Positions 49,869 through 60,178 are shown, numbered from the stretch's first letter. The stretch: DNA of 64,000 nt from Spirochaetaceae bacterium (GCA_965224705.1 OZ245056.1:704001-768000), one strand, 5' to 3'. Program-made: numbers and translations. The notes: generated from the sequence alone by a model not told the origin.

Positions 49869-51289
49869 AGCAGCAGTATGAAATCTTCATCGGGCTGGAA
49901 ATCCACATACACCTGAAAACTCGATCCAAGATGTTCTGCAGCTGTGCGGCAAGGTATGGCGATGAACCCAATACCAACGTTTGTCCTGTCTGTCTTGGAT
50001 ATCCTGGCGCACTGCCACAGACCAACGGGAAGGCCCTGGAATTTGCTTATCTTGTGGCCACAGCCTTGAACTGCCGCACGGCAAAAAAAACTTCCTTTGC
50101 CCGAAAAAACTACTTCTATCCAGACATGCCCAAGAACTACCAGATTTCCCAGTTTGAAGATCCCATAGGAGTTGGGGGACGTGTTACCGTCGATTTCGGA
50201 GAAACAGGGGAGAAAGAGATCCGCATCCATGATGTCCATCTTGAAGAAGATGCAGGTAAAATGATCCATGCAGGAGATGCAACCCTGCTTGATTTTAACC
50301 GTGCGGGATATCCACTGCTTGAAATCGTTACCGAACCAGATCTCAAAAGCGGAGAAGAAACTGAAGCCTTCCTGAGAAATTTCCAGCGGCTGGTTCGCTA
50401 CCTTGGTGTAAGCGACGGAAATATGGATGAAGGATCCATGAAGTGTGATGCAAATATATCCATTAATCATCCTGGAAAAGGACTGGGTACCAAGATTGAG
50501 CTGAAGAACATGAACTCTCCCCGCTTCGTTCGACTGGCCTTAAACCATGAGAAGGAAAGACAGGCGGGCATTCTGGATGCGGGCGGCACTCTGGTTCAGG
50601 AAACCCGACTGTGGAATGAAAACAGAGATACAACTGAGACTATGCGCCGGAAGGAGGAAGCCAATGACTACCGCTACTTCCCGGAACCCGATTTGCCTCC
50701 CTTCATTCCGGATCCTGAATTTCTGGCACGCATCCAGAACAATCTGGTAGAACTTCCTCTGGCCCTCAAAAAGCGGCTTATCGGGACTTACGGCCTCAGC
50801 CTTGAACAGGGAGAATTCATCCATGACGATGCCGCCTGTGCAAAGCTGTTTGAGGAAACAGTGGCATTGGGTTCTTCTCCCAGGAACACAGCAGCCTGGC
50901 TCTCATCAGATGTGCGGAAAATTCTCAATCGGGACAACTTGGAAATAGATGCATGTCCTCTTACTCCCGGCAGATTTCATGAGCTGCTTTCCCTGATTGC
51001 CGATGGAACCATCAGCGGCAAGATTGCCAAGAAAGTTCTGGAGAAGGTTTTCCAACAGGATGAATCCCCCTCTTCTATAGTGAAGGCAGAAAATTGGGCT
51101 CAGATCGTGGATCCTGACAGCATTTCCCTGATAGTTGACAGGGTAATTGAAAACCATCCTGAAGTGGTTCAGGCAATACGTGATGGAGACAACAGACAGC
51201 GCGGCTGGCTGATGGGTCAAATAATGAAATTGTCCGAAGGCAAGGCTTCCCCGGAAATATCAGGAAAAATCCTGGACAGGAGCCTGTAG
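49865..51289 (+). CDS. gatB: Asp/Glu-tRNA amidotransferase subunit B
   Basis: IGLEIH, RKNYFYPD.PKNYQISQ, HLEEDAGK and DYRYFPEPDLP motifs. Confidence 0.98.
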   Translation: MKQQYEIFIGLEIHIHLKTRSKMFCSCAARYGDEPNTNVCPVCLGYPGALPQTNGKALEFAYLVATALNCRTAKKTSFARKNYFYPDMPKNYQISQFEDPIGVGGRVTVDFGETGEKEIRIHDVHLEEDAGKMIHAGDATLLDFNRAGYPLLEIVTEPDLKSGEETEAFLRNFQRLVRYLGVSDGNMDEGSMKCDANISINHPGKGLGTKIELKNMNSPRFVRLALNHEKERQAGILDAGGTLVQETRLWNENRDTTETMRRKEEANDYRYFPEPDLPPFIPDPEFLARIQNNLVELPLALKKRLIGTYGLSLEQGEFIHDDAACAKLFEETVALGSSPRNTAAWLSSDVRKILNRDNLEIDACPLTPGRFHELLSLIADGTISGKIAKKVLEKVFQQDESPSSIVKAENWAQIVDPDSISLIVDRVIENHPEVVQAIRDGDNRQRGWLMGQIMKLSEGKASPEISGKILDRSL

Positions 51290-51400
51290 GCCGTTCTAAC
51301 TCTTCCGAAAAACTGGTAATATGCCTGAAAGAATGGGACATCTCAAAAAACTGCCATCGAAAACTACGAAGCATTCAGAGATGTTTGTTGGAAGGTATGA

Positions 51401-52681
51401 GTGGGTAATAAAAGAGTTTTGATCGCTGACGCCTATGCAAAAATTGGAGAAAGCATTGAACTTTCCGGCTGGGTGCACCGTGTGCGAAATCTCGGCGGAG
51501 TGCAGTTCATTGTGCTTCGGGATAGAACCGGACAGATGCAGGTGGTTACCAATGGCCGGTTTAACCTTCCCGTTGAATCGGTTATTCGAGTTCATGGCAG
51601 GGTTTCAAGCAATGAAAAGGCCACTGGCGGAGCTGAGGTAATCCTTGAATCCTATGATACTCTGGCCGAATCCGCCGCTGATCTACCCCTGCAGGTGAAT
51701 CAGAACCCGGATTCCCTGGGACTTGAAGCAATTCTCGATAACCGAATGATCAGTTTGAGGATCCCCAAACTTCTGTCCATTTTTCGTATTCAGGCAACCT
51801 GCATCAAGGCTTTTGGCGACTTCTTCCGCAAGGAAGACTTCACTGAAATCAAATCAAGTAAAATCATCGGAGGAGGTTCAGAAGGCGGTACAAACCTTTT
51901 CTCCATGGATTATTTCGGCCGAACAGCCTACCTGGCCCAATCACCTCAACTCTACAAACAGGCCATGGTTTCCGCTGGCTTCGAGAGGGTCTTTGAAATT
52001 GGGCATGCATATCGAGCAGAAAAACATGAAACACCCAGGCATATTAACGAGTATGTTTCTCTTGATATCGAGATGGGCTTCATTGAGTCGGAGAAGCCCT
52101 TGATTGAAATTGAACGCCGCTTCATGGCATACCTGTTCAAAACTGTAAGGGAAGAGAATTCAAGGGAATTAAACCAGTGGAATAGCGACGTTCCTGCTCC
52201 TGAAGCCTGTAAGAACATACCCATCATTCCCCACGATGAGGCAAAGGAGATTGTAAAATCTGAGACCGGACGCAAAGCATTGGATATTAACCCGGAAGCC
52301 GAACGCATCCTCTGTGAATGGGCAGAAAAAAAGTATGGAATCGCCATGGTGTTTATCAATGAATTTCCCCGGCGAAAAAGGCCCTTTTACACCTACCCTC
52401 TGGGTAAGAAAACTATGAGTTTCGATCTATTGTTCCGAGGTCTGGAAATAACAACAGGCGGACGCCGCATCAATGAATACCCCATGCTGATCGAAACATT
52501 GCCCCGATATGGTATGACGGAATCAGAACTTGGGAGCTACATGGATATTTTCAAATTCGGCTGTCCTCCTCACGGAGGCTTTGCTCTGGGCCTGGAAAGA
52601 ATAACACAGAAAATACTTGGCCTGAACAACATAAAAGAAGCGACACTGTTTCCCCGGGACAGGAAAAGAATCGCCCCGTAA
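51401..52681 (+). CDS. aspS: Short, archaeal-type (likely non-discriminating) aspartyl-tRNA synthetase
   Basis: GWVHRVR.LGG..F, LAQSPQLYKQ, YRAEKH and PPHGGFALGLER motifs; no GAD insertion; adjacent to gatCAB. Confidence 0.93.
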   Translation: MGNKRVLIADAYAKIGESIELSGWVHRVRNLGGVQFIVLRDRTGQMQVVTNGRFNLPVESVIRVHGRVSSNEKATGGAEVILESYDTLAESAADLPLQVNQNPDSLGLEAILDNRMISLRIPKLLSIFRIQATCIKAFGDFFRKEDFTEIKSSKIIGGGSEGGTNLFSMDYFGRTAYLAQSPQLYKQAMVSAGFERVFEIGHAYRAEKHETPRHINEYVSLDIEMGFIESEKPLIEIERRFMAYLFKTVREENSRELNQWNSDVPAPEACKNIPIIPHDEAKEIVKSETGRKALDINPEAERILCEWAEKKYGIAMVFINEFPRRKRPFYTYPLGKKTMSFDLLFRGLEITTGGRRINEYPMLIETLPRYGMTESELGSYMDIFKFGCPPHGGFALGLERITQKILGLNNIKEATLFPRDRKRIAP

Positions 52682-52836
52682 CTGAGAACTTCCATACAAC
52701 AGGTTGTAAGGGTTGATGATATTGTATTGATTAGTATTCGCAGGAAGCGAAAAAAGGATGTATTGTTATAGACCTTTTACAGGCGTGAGGAACAAGATTG
52801 CCTCACACTGACGAAGATAGACATGTGGAGGATGCT

Positions 52837-53220
52837 GTGGAAGTAAAAGAAGGGTTGAAGTACACCGAATCTCATGAATGGATTCAACTAAAGGGTAAAA
52901 TCGCTGTTACAGGAATCACGGACTATGCTCAGGATGCTCTTGGAGACATCGTCTATGTTGAAGTTCCACAGGTGGGGATCAAAGTAAGCAAAGGTGATGA
53001 AGTGGTGAACATTGAATCGGTGAAAGTAGCCGAAGCCATATATGCCCCGGTTTCAGGAACTGTACTGGACATCAATGACAGCCTTGAAGAGGAACCGGAC
53101 TTGCTCAACAGTGATCCCTATGGAACGTTTATTTATTCGATTGAGATATCGGATCCATTGGAGCTTCAAGGCTGTATGAATGATGAAGAATACAGGAAGT
53201 TTACGGCCGCCCGGGACTAA
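52837..53220 (+). CDS. gcvH: Glycine cleavage system H (lipoyl carrier) protein
   Basis: YTESHEW, GITDYAQDALGDIVYVE and ESVK lipoyl-Lys motifs; GGAGG RBS before GTG 52837. Confidence 0.95.
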   Translation: MEVKEGLKYTESHEWIQLKGKIAVTGITDYAQDALGDIVYVEVPQVGIKVSKGDEVVNIESVKVAEAIYAPVSGTVLDINDSLEEEPDLLNSDPYGTFIYSIEISDPLELQGCMNDEEYRKFTAARD

Positions 53221-53291
53221 GAGCCTGTCGCCTTGCATCAGAAAAAAATCATCAAAAATCGGCTCGAAGCCTTAAAATCCGCCAGACTCCC
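53220..53291 (-). repeat. Internally deleted family A element directly at the gcvH stop codon
   Basis: GAGCCTGTCG|CCTTGCATCAGAAAAAAATCATCAAAAATCGG...CAGACTCCC matches the reverse complement of family A with the middle removed. Confidence 0.85.
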
Positions 53292-53412
53292 GGGAGCCTG
53301 GCATCCGCTGAGCGGAGATCTTCCAGGGCATTCTGCCGGAACTCAATGGGAGTACGGCCTATGTGCTGCATGATTTCCAGATAAAATCAGGAACGCTCCC
53401 CCCCCCTCTCCT

Positions 53413-53809
53413 CAGGGTAATTGCATCTAATTCTGTCCCAAAAAAAATGAAAAACACTGATTTTCGAGGTCAATGGAAATTTTTATCCAGTGTCTCAAAG
53501 AATGTGGAATCTCCTCAAAGCGGCATTAAACCGCAGAGAACGCAGAGGTACGCAGAGAGATATAGGGCAGCTCTTAAAACCGCTTAGAGCTGCCCGTGGG
53601 CGCATGGACGCACCCACATTTTGGGCAAAACGCCCAAAAATGGAGAAAAGTCTTACTTTAGTCCGGGTTTTTTCGTCTCTATAGCATAAACAGATTGGTC
53701 AACATTTATCTTGAACACTCTGCGCTCTCTGCGTCCTCTGCGGTTAAAAACCCATGAATAAGGCTTTGAAGAACACTCTGGCTAGTGGATTTTAGATGCG
53801 ATTGCCCTG
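53413..53809. mobile_element. Non-autonomous MITE-like element containing nested inverted repeats
   Basis: Outer TIR CAGGGTAATTGCATCTAA/TTAGATGCGATTGCCCTG, flanked by CCCCTCTCC direct repeats; three inner inverted pairs. Confidence 0.75.
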
Positions 53810-53865
53810 CCCCTCTCCGGTTTCAGACTACTCGCAATCCTATGTTTCATCTATAATCCATCTAA

Positions 53866-55053
53866 ATGGATGTATTGAGTATTGTCGGCCGCACAGAGCC
53901 TCTGATGTCTGAGGATCTGAACAAACATGAGCCGGACCTGAAAAACGTAATCGAGTCATCGCGTTTCCTCGTCATTGGAGGCGGGGGTTCAATCGGACAG
54001 GCTGTCACGAAAGAAATCTTTCGGCGAAATCCCCGGGTTCTTCACATCGTTGATCTCAGCGAGAACAATCTCGTTGAACTCGTCAGGGATATCCGAAGTT
54101 CTTCCGGATATATTTCTGGTGACTTCCGGACATTCGCGCTGGACTGCGGTTCCGTGAATTTTGAGCACATGCTGCGAGCGGAGGGTGGATATGACTTCGT
54201 TCTCAATCTATCCGCATTGAAGCATGTCCGGAGCGAAAAAGATCCCTACACACTGATGCGCATGGTGGACACGAACATCCTCAACACTGTCAAAGTGATG
54301 GAGTTGGCCGTAGAAGCCGGGGTGAAAAAATACTTCTGTGTCTCCACGGACAAAGCATCCAATCCTGCCAATATGATGGGTGCGTCAAAGCGTATCATGG
54401 AAATATTCTTAATGGACCGCAGCGATAGCATTGACGTCTCCATGGCCCGTTTTGCCAACGTTGCCTTCTCAGACGGGAGCCTTCTCCAGGGATTCGAGAA
54501 GAGGCTGGAAAAACGTCAACCTCTTGCAGCCCCCAACGATGTCCGCCGTTACTTTCTCACTTCGCAAGAGGCTGGAACTCTTTGTCTGTTCTCGACAATA
54601 CTTGGCCGATGTAACGAGATTTTCTTTCCCAAATTAAGCGAAAAACTCAATCTGGTTACATTTCCCTCTATTGCCAGAAACTTCCTTGAATCGAGGGGAT
54701 ATAAGCCATTTCTCTGCGAGTCTGAAGACCAGGCCCGGAACTACTTTGCTTCCGGGAACCACCCTGGAGAATGGCCCTGCGTTTTTTCAAGTTCAGACAC
54801 GACCGGTGAAAAGAGTTATGAAGAATTCTACATGAGCGGAGAATCCGTGGACCTGGAACGCTTCAAATCGCTCGGAGTCGTTGTTGCAAGTCATACACGG
54901 CCAACGGAAGCATTAAAAGAATTCCGAACCCAAATTGAAGCGATTCGGCGCAGCAAGTCCTGGAAGAGGCAGCAATTTATCGAATTATTCCAATCCCTTC
55001 TGCCGGAACTCCGCCATAAGGAAACCGGCAAATTCCTCGACGAGAAGATGTAG
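53866..55053 (+). CDS. NDP-N-acetylglucosamine 4,6-dehydratase (LegB-like)
   Basis: IGGGGSIG, SALKHVRSEKDPYTL, STDKASNPANMMGASK and ARFANVAFSDGSL motifs. Confidence 0.9.
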   Translation: MDVLSIVGRTEPLMSEDLNKHEPDLKNVIESSRFLVIGGGGSIGQAVTKEIFRRNPRVLHIVDLSENNLVELVRDIRSSSGYISGDFRTFALDCGSVNFEHMLRAEGGYDFVLNLSALKHVRSEKDPYTLMRMVDTNILNTVKVMELAVEAGVKKYFCVSTDKASNPANMMGASKRIMEIFLMDRSDSIDVSMARFANVAFSDGSLLQGFEKRLEKRQPLAAPNDVRRYFLTSQEAGTLCLFSTILGRCNEIFFPKLSEKLNLVTFPSIARNFLESRGYKPFLCESEDQARNYFASGNHPGEWPCVFSSSDTTGEKSYEEFYMSGESVDLERFKSLGVVVASHTRPTEALKEFRTQIEAIRRSKSWKRQQFIELFQSLLPELRHKETGKFLDEKM

Positions 55054-55055
55054 GT

Positions 55056-56210
55056 TTGCCAGTGAATTTTTTTCAGGACATTGTAGACTTTATACGCCGT
55101 ATCAATCCCGCTGGAGACTTCATTCCCCTCCACGCCCCTGTCTTTCGCGGCCGCGAAAAGGAATACCTGCAGCGCTGTATCGACAGCTCTTTCGTGTCCA
55201 GTGTTGGGGAATTTGTCGATCTCTTTGAACACGAGTTGAAAGAATACACGGGTGCCGCATCCGTTGTGGCAGTAATGAACGGTACCGCGGCCCTTCACGT
55301 GGCTCTTCATATCGTGGATGTCCGTTACGGCGACCTGGTTATAACGCAGCCCCTTGCTTTCGTCGCCTCTTGCAATGCTATTGCTCAGATCGGTGCCTCT
55401 CCGGCTTTCGTCGACATTGATCCCCGCACCCTTGGAATGGATCCGGTTGATTTACAGAACTTCCTTGAGAATGAATGTGATCATGAAAAAGAAACGACTC
55501 ACAAAGCCTCAGGAAAAAGAATCGCCGCCTGTGTTCCAATGCACACTTTCGGCCATCCAGCCAATACTGAGGAAATAGCCAGGATATGCCGCGAGTGGAG
55601 TATTCCCCTGATAGAGGATGCCGCCGAATCTCTTGGAAGCTACCGCGCTGGAAAACATGCCGGGTTAACCGGCCGATGCGGGATTCTGAGTTTTAACGGC
55701 AATAAAACCATCACCACTGGCGGCGGCGGGGCTATTATCACAATAGACGAAGAGTTTGGCCGGACGGCGAAGTACATCACCACCACGGCAAAAGTTCCCC
55801 ATCGGTGGGATTTTATACACGATCAACCGGGTTTCAATTATCGAATGCCCAACATCAATGCGGCCCTGGGCTGTGCTCAGATGGAAGAGATCTCCACAAT
55901 TCTGGCAGAGAAAAGATCTCTCGCCGATGAATACCGGAAATACTTCAGCGCCACACCCTGGACATTCATCGATGAACCGGAGAATTGCCGGAGTAATTTC
56001 TGGCTGAATTCGGTGTTGACCAGTGGACCGCGTGAGCGTGATGATTTTCTTGCATTCAGCAATGACCGCAAAATAATGACCCGTCCGGCATGGGAATTGA
56101 TGATGAATCTTCCCATGTTCGCCGATTGTCCGCGATCTGCGGATCTCGGAGACTCGCTGAATATCCGCCGCCGCCTGGTGAATCTTCCAAGTGGGATTTC
56201 ATGCCGGTAA
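55056..56210 (+). CDS. LegC-family aminotransferase
   Basis: IPLHAP.F, FVSSVGEFV, EDAAESLGS, SFNGNKTITTGGGG and NYRMPNINAALG motifs. Confidence 0.92.
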   Translation: MPVNFFQDIVDFIRRINPAGDFIPLHAPVFRGREKEYLQRCIDSSFVSSVGEFVDLFEHELKEYTGAASVVAVMNGTAALHVALHIVDVRYGDLVITQPLAFVASCNAIAQIGASPAFVDIDPRTLGMDPVDLQNFLENECDHEKETTHKASGKRIAACVPMHTFGHPANTEEIARICREWSIPLIEDAAESLGSYRAGKHAGLTGRCGILSFNGNKTITTGGGGAIITIDEEFGRTAKYITTTAKVPHRWDFIHDQPGFNYRMPNINAALGCAQMEEISTILAEKRSLADEYRKYFSATPWTFIDEPENCRSNFWLNSVLTSGPRERDDFLAFSNDRKIMTRPAWELMMNLPMFADCPRSADLGDSLNIRRRLVNLPSGISCR

Positions 56211-56845
56211 CGGAGGACATCGTTTTAATCGGCGGCGGAGGTCACGCCCTTTCCTGCTTAAACGTAATACGGAGAGGGGGAAAATTTCATCCTATCGGAA
56301 TCCTTGATCGGGATATCCCCATCGGAGAATCAGTCGATGGTGTCTTCGTTGTCGGCACTGACGCGGACCGGGACAAATGGGTGAAATGCGGGGCTGTTTT
56401 CCACGTGGCTTCAGGAATGCTCCGGGGAAATAATCGCCGCCGTGAGCATCTCTTCACACTGTATCAGTCAGAAGGCGGCAGGTTCCCGGTTCTGGTTGAT
56501 CCGTCCGCTTCAATCGCGGAGAGTGCTGTGCTTGGCGAAGGAACAATTCTTATGCCCGGTGCAAGGATCAATGCTGGAGCGGAAACAGGTCTCAACGTTA
56601 TTGTGAACACAGGAGCAATCATTGAGCACGGCGCCAGAATCGGGTCTCATGTCCATGTGGCCACGTCCGCCGTGGTCAACGGGGAATGTCGGGTAGGAGA
56701 AGGATGCTTTATCGGCTCGGGAGCCCTCCTGCGCAATGGTATCGAAGTTGTTCAGGGGACCACCGTTGGTATGGGAGCCGTGGTCGTTAAGTCCATCACC
56801 GTTCCCGGAACCTATACAGGCAACCCGGCAAAGAGAGTAGCATGA
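56201..56845 (+). CDS. NeuD/PglD/LegH-family sugar acetyltransferase
   Basis: IGGGGHA, hexapeptide repeats, NTGAIIEH and GNPAK motifs; start placed at ATG 56201. Confidence 0.9.
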   Translation: MPVTEDIVLIGGGGHALSCLNVIRRGGKFHPIGILDRDIPIGESVDGVFVVGTDADRDKWVKCGAVFHVASGMLRGNNRRREHLFTLYQSEGGRFPVLVDPSASIAESAVLGEGTILMPGARINAGAETGLNVIVNTGAIIEHGARIGSHVHVATSAVVNGECRVGEGCFIGSGALLRNGIEVVQGTTVGMGAVVVKSITVPGTYTGNPAKRVA

Positions 56846-57852
56846 CGAGTACCCTGATCATTGCTGAAGCCGGTGTCAATCACAATGGATCGATAAGAGA
56901 AGCGATGGATATGTGCCTGGCGGCCAGGGACGCCGGTGCCGACATCGTGAAATTCCAGACTTTCGATCCTGAAATACTCGCCGCAGAATCGGCGCCCAGA
57001 GCTGAATATCAGATTACAGGCGAAGATGATAACGAAAGTCAGCTTGACATGCTCAGAAAACTGACCCTCACACGGAAGGAAAAGGAAAAGCTCGCGGAGC
57101 ATTGTCGGGAAATTGGTATCCAATTCTGCTCATCACCTTTTGATATCGAATCAGCCCGATTTCTGAAATCAATCGGTGTCGATCTATGGAAGATTCCCTC
57201 CGGTGAAATCACCAATCTGCCGCTGCTCCAGGAAATCGCCTCCTACAACAATCCGATGATCCTCTCAACCGGAATGTCCACCATGAGTGAGATCCGTTCA
57301 GCCGTCGACATCCTTGAACCTTCGGAATCGATTCACACAAGACTGACGCTATTGCATTGCAATACTGACTATCCAACGGATATGGGTGATGTGAACCTCC
57401 GCTGCATGGCAGCCCTCTCACGTGAATTCGGTACTCCGATTGGATACTCAGACCATACAAGAGGTATTGAAGTCCCCATCGCCGCGGCGGCCCTTGGAGC
57501 CTCGGTCATTGAGAAGCATTTCACCATGGATCGGAATGCCAGAGGCCCGGACCACTCGGCGAGTTTGACGCCCAGCGAACTGACGGCGATGGTTCAGGCG
57601 ATTCGCAATATTGAAATCGCTCTGGGATCCGCCGCAAAAAAACCAACCGAATCCGAACTCAAAAACCTGCCGATTGTCCGCAAAAGCATTGTGGCCGCCC
57701 GCAATATAACGCGGGGAGAGATTCTGGATGAATCCAACATCACCGCGAAACGTCCGGGAACAGGCATCTCGCCAATGAGATGGCACCAGGTCATCGGACG
57801 GGCCGCCGAACGAAACTACATCAAGGACGAACTCATCGATGATCACCGATAA
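56842..57852 (+). CDS. neuB: Nonulosonic acid synthase (NeuB/LegI family)
   Basis: IIAEAGVNHNG, KIPSGEITN, GYSDHT and IEKHFT motifs; SAF domain. Confidence 0.95.
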   Translation: MTSTLIIAEAGVNHNGSIREAMDMCLAARDAGADIVKFQTFDPEILAAESAPRAEYQITGEDDNESQLDMLRKLTLTRKEKEKLAEHCREIGIQFCSSPFDIESARFLKSIGVDLWKIPSGEITNLPLLQEIASYNNPMILSTGMSTMSEIRSAVDILEPSESIHTRLTLLHCNTDYPTDMGDVNLRCMAALSREFGTPIGYSDHTRGIEVPIAAAALGASVIEKHFTMDRNARGPDHSASLTPSELTAMVQAIRNIEIALGSAAKKPTESELKNLPIVRKSIVAARNITRGEILDESNITAKRPGTGISPMRWHQVIGRAAERNYIKDELIDDHR

Positions 57853-57945
57853 AATCCTGCATAACCCAGTTGTGCTCGGCCTTTCCCCCCCTGGAATCGA
57901 CCGCCTGCAGCAGGCAGGCGAGAATCTCTCCGAGGGATACTCTGA

Positions 57946-59100
57946 ATGAGTAAGGTCTTTGCCGTTGTCACTTCCACCCGGGCCGATTATGGTCTGTTGG
58001 TACCCATGCTCAGATCACTCAGCCGTGCCGATGGAATTGACTATCGTTTAATCGTCACCGGAACTCATCTTTCAGAACAGCATGGCTTAACCAAAAACCA
58101 GATTTACGAAGATGATTTCATTGTAGCGGATGAAGTACCGTGCTTAGCCGACAGGGGAGAGGAACCGGCCACTGCTGTAACCGCCAGTCGGGCTTTGTAC
58201 CGAATGGCCGGTGTTTTCAGTCGGATTCAACCGGATGCGGTCATCCTTCCTGGGGACCGATACGAAATTATGGCATCGGCCATTGCCGCATCACTCTGCC
58301 GAATTCCCATCGTCCACCTCCATGGGGGAGAGGTTACCGAAGGATCCTATGACGAAGGCTTCCGGCACGCGATTTCAAAGCTGAGTCACATTCATCTGAC
58401 TGCAGCCGAAGAGTATCGGCAGCGGGTGATTCAAATGGGTGAGGATCCTGACCGGACTTTCGTCGTGGGTTCTCCAGGTGTAGAAAATCTTCTTGGAATC
58501 AAACCGATGTCCCGATCGGAACTCTCAGAAGATCTTGGCATGGCACTGGCCGACCCCCTCCTGCTGGTGACACTGCACCCTGAAACCCTGAGGCCGGGTA
58601 TGGCAGACCCGCACTCTCAGATCCTTATTGAAGGATTGAGTAAACGGCCAGAGACCATGATCGTGTTTACCGCAGCCAATGCTGATTCTGAGGGAAAAAT
58701 CATCAATCAGCGTTTCAAGGAATACTGCCGAATGCGAGAGAATGCCTATTTTATTCCCAGCCTTGGGAACCGGCGTTATGCATCGATTCTCCGCATCGCC
58801 AGGGCCGTTGTCGGGAACTCTTCCAGCGGCATCATTGAAGTACCAAGTTTCGGAATACCAACGGTGAACGTGGGTGATCGGCAGAAAGGACGGCTGCGGG
58901 CACCATCAATCATCGATGTGGATTGGAACGCTGAGAGAATTGCCCAGGCCATAGGGACAGCTCTTGCCGGAGCACCGGGGGGTCAAGAAAACCCCTATGG
59001 AGAAGGAAATGCATCATCGAGGATTCTTGAAATCCTCCAATCGGTGAAATTTGACCGGGAGTTATTGAGGAAAACATTTTGGGATTTGAAGACAACATGA
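57946..59100 (+). CDS. neuC: Hydrolysing NDP-sugar 2-epimerase (NeuC/LegG family)
   Basis: TRADYG, TGTHLS, GDRYE, HLHGGE, GNSSSGIIE and NPYG motifs. Confidence 0.93.
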   Translation: MSKVFAVVTSTRADYGLLVPMLRSLSRADGIDYRLIVTGTHLSEQHGLTKNQIYEDDFIVADEVPCLADRGEEPATAVTASRALYRMAGVFSRIQPDAVILPGDRYEIMASAIAASLCRIPIVHLHGGEVTEGSYDEGFRHAISKLSHIHLTAAEEYRQRVIQMGEDPDRTFVVGSPGVENLLGIKPMSRSELSEDLGMALADPLLLVTLHPETLRPGMADPHSQILIEGLSKRPETMIVFTAANADSEGKIINQRFKEYCRMRENAYFIPSLGNRRYASILRIARAVVGNSSSGIIEVPSFGIPTVNVGDRQKGRLRAPSIIDVDWNAERIAQAIGTALAGAPGGQENPYGEGNASSRILEILQSVKFDRELLRKTFWDLKTT

Positions 59101-60152
59101 ATGATCAGGAGAAATACACAGTCGTTTCATCGATTGATATAAAAACCTGTCTGAAAAAACTGGACAAAGCGGCCTGTGGTGTTGCATTTGTCGTCGACAA
59201 TGACGGAAGACTCATTGGTTCCGTCTCGGACGGTGATATTCGCAGGGCATTGCTTGCGGGAAAGACTCTGGATGAGTCTATAGATGGCCTCTTTAATGCT
59301 TCTCCGGTATCAATAGGCACAGACGAATCCGAGGAATCGATTCGGTCTTCCTTTCTGGATAAACGGCTCGGTGTACTCCCCATCACGGACGGGAATGGAC
59401 TGTTTGTCTCTGTCCTGGAATGGGAGACTTTCTTCGGCGAGAAATATCAGCCCGAACGGCAGAAGCTGGACTTGCCGGTGATAATCATGGCCGGAGGAAA
59501 GGGCACTCGCATGGCCCCCTTCACCAATGTGCTGCCCAAGCCTCTTGTGCCAATCAGAGAGAAAACGATAATGGAGATTATAATTGAACAATTCCGATCC
59601 TATTCCATCAAGGACTTCTTTTTCATTCTCAACTATAAAGGCAAGATGATTGAAGCCTATTTTGACAGTATTGAACGTGACTACAAGGTTCACTATGTAT
59701 GGGAAAAAGAGTTCGAAGGGACTGCCGGCAGCTTAAAACTGCTCCCAGAAGACTTCCCTGAGAATTTCATTTTGTCCAATTGTGACGTTATAGTAAAAGC
59801 TGACTACGGGAACGTTCTTAAGAAGCACATTGAAAACCAGGCGTTGGTGACTGTCCTTTCATCGTATCAGCATTATCAAATTCCTTACGGCATTGTCGAA
59901 TACACCGAAGACGGAAGAATTATCGCTCTGCGTGAGAAGCCCGAGTACTCGTTCCCGGTCAATACCGGTGTCTATGTCATAAACAGGAAAGCACTGAAAT
60001 TTATTCCCCCCGAAGGCATTTTCCATATGACCCATCTCATTGAAGCGTTGATGAAGGATAACCAGGTGGTGAGTGCTTACCCCTTGGGAGAATACAATTA
60101 CATAGACATCGGTCAGTGGGAGGAATACAGAAAAGCCGTGAGAATCCTGTGA
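59097..60152 (+). CDS. CBS-domain nucleotidyltransferase (PtmE/LegX-like)
   Basis: SDGDIRRALL CBS pair; MAGGKGTR...PKPL; GTAGSL; DIG. Confidence 0.9.
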   Translation: MNDQEKYTVVSSIDIKTCLKKLDKAACGVAFVVDNDGRLIGSVSDGDIRRALLAGKTLDESIDGLFNASPVSIGTDESEESIRSSFLDKRLGVLPITDGNGLFVSVLEWETFFGEKYQPERQKLDLPVIIMAGGKGTRMAPFTNVLPKPLVPIREKTIMEIIIEQFRSYSIKDFFFILNYKGKMIEAYFDSIERDYKVHYVWEKEFEGTAGSLKLLPEDFPENFILSNCDVIVKADYGNVLKKHIENQALVTVLSSYQHYQIPYGIVEYTEDGRIIALREKPEYSFPVNTGVYVINRKALKFIPPEGIFHMTHLIEALMKDNQVVSAYPLGEYNYIDIGQWEEYRKAVRIL

Positions 60153-60178
60153 CAGGCAGGAAGTTCCGGGATATCTCT

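Noticed and set aside
53363..53684. Short ORFs in the nested-repeat region (also 32877-33059, 60116-60401 and 34641-34847)
   Set aside because: They derive from repeat or intergenic sequence and lack an RBS or protein-like motifs.
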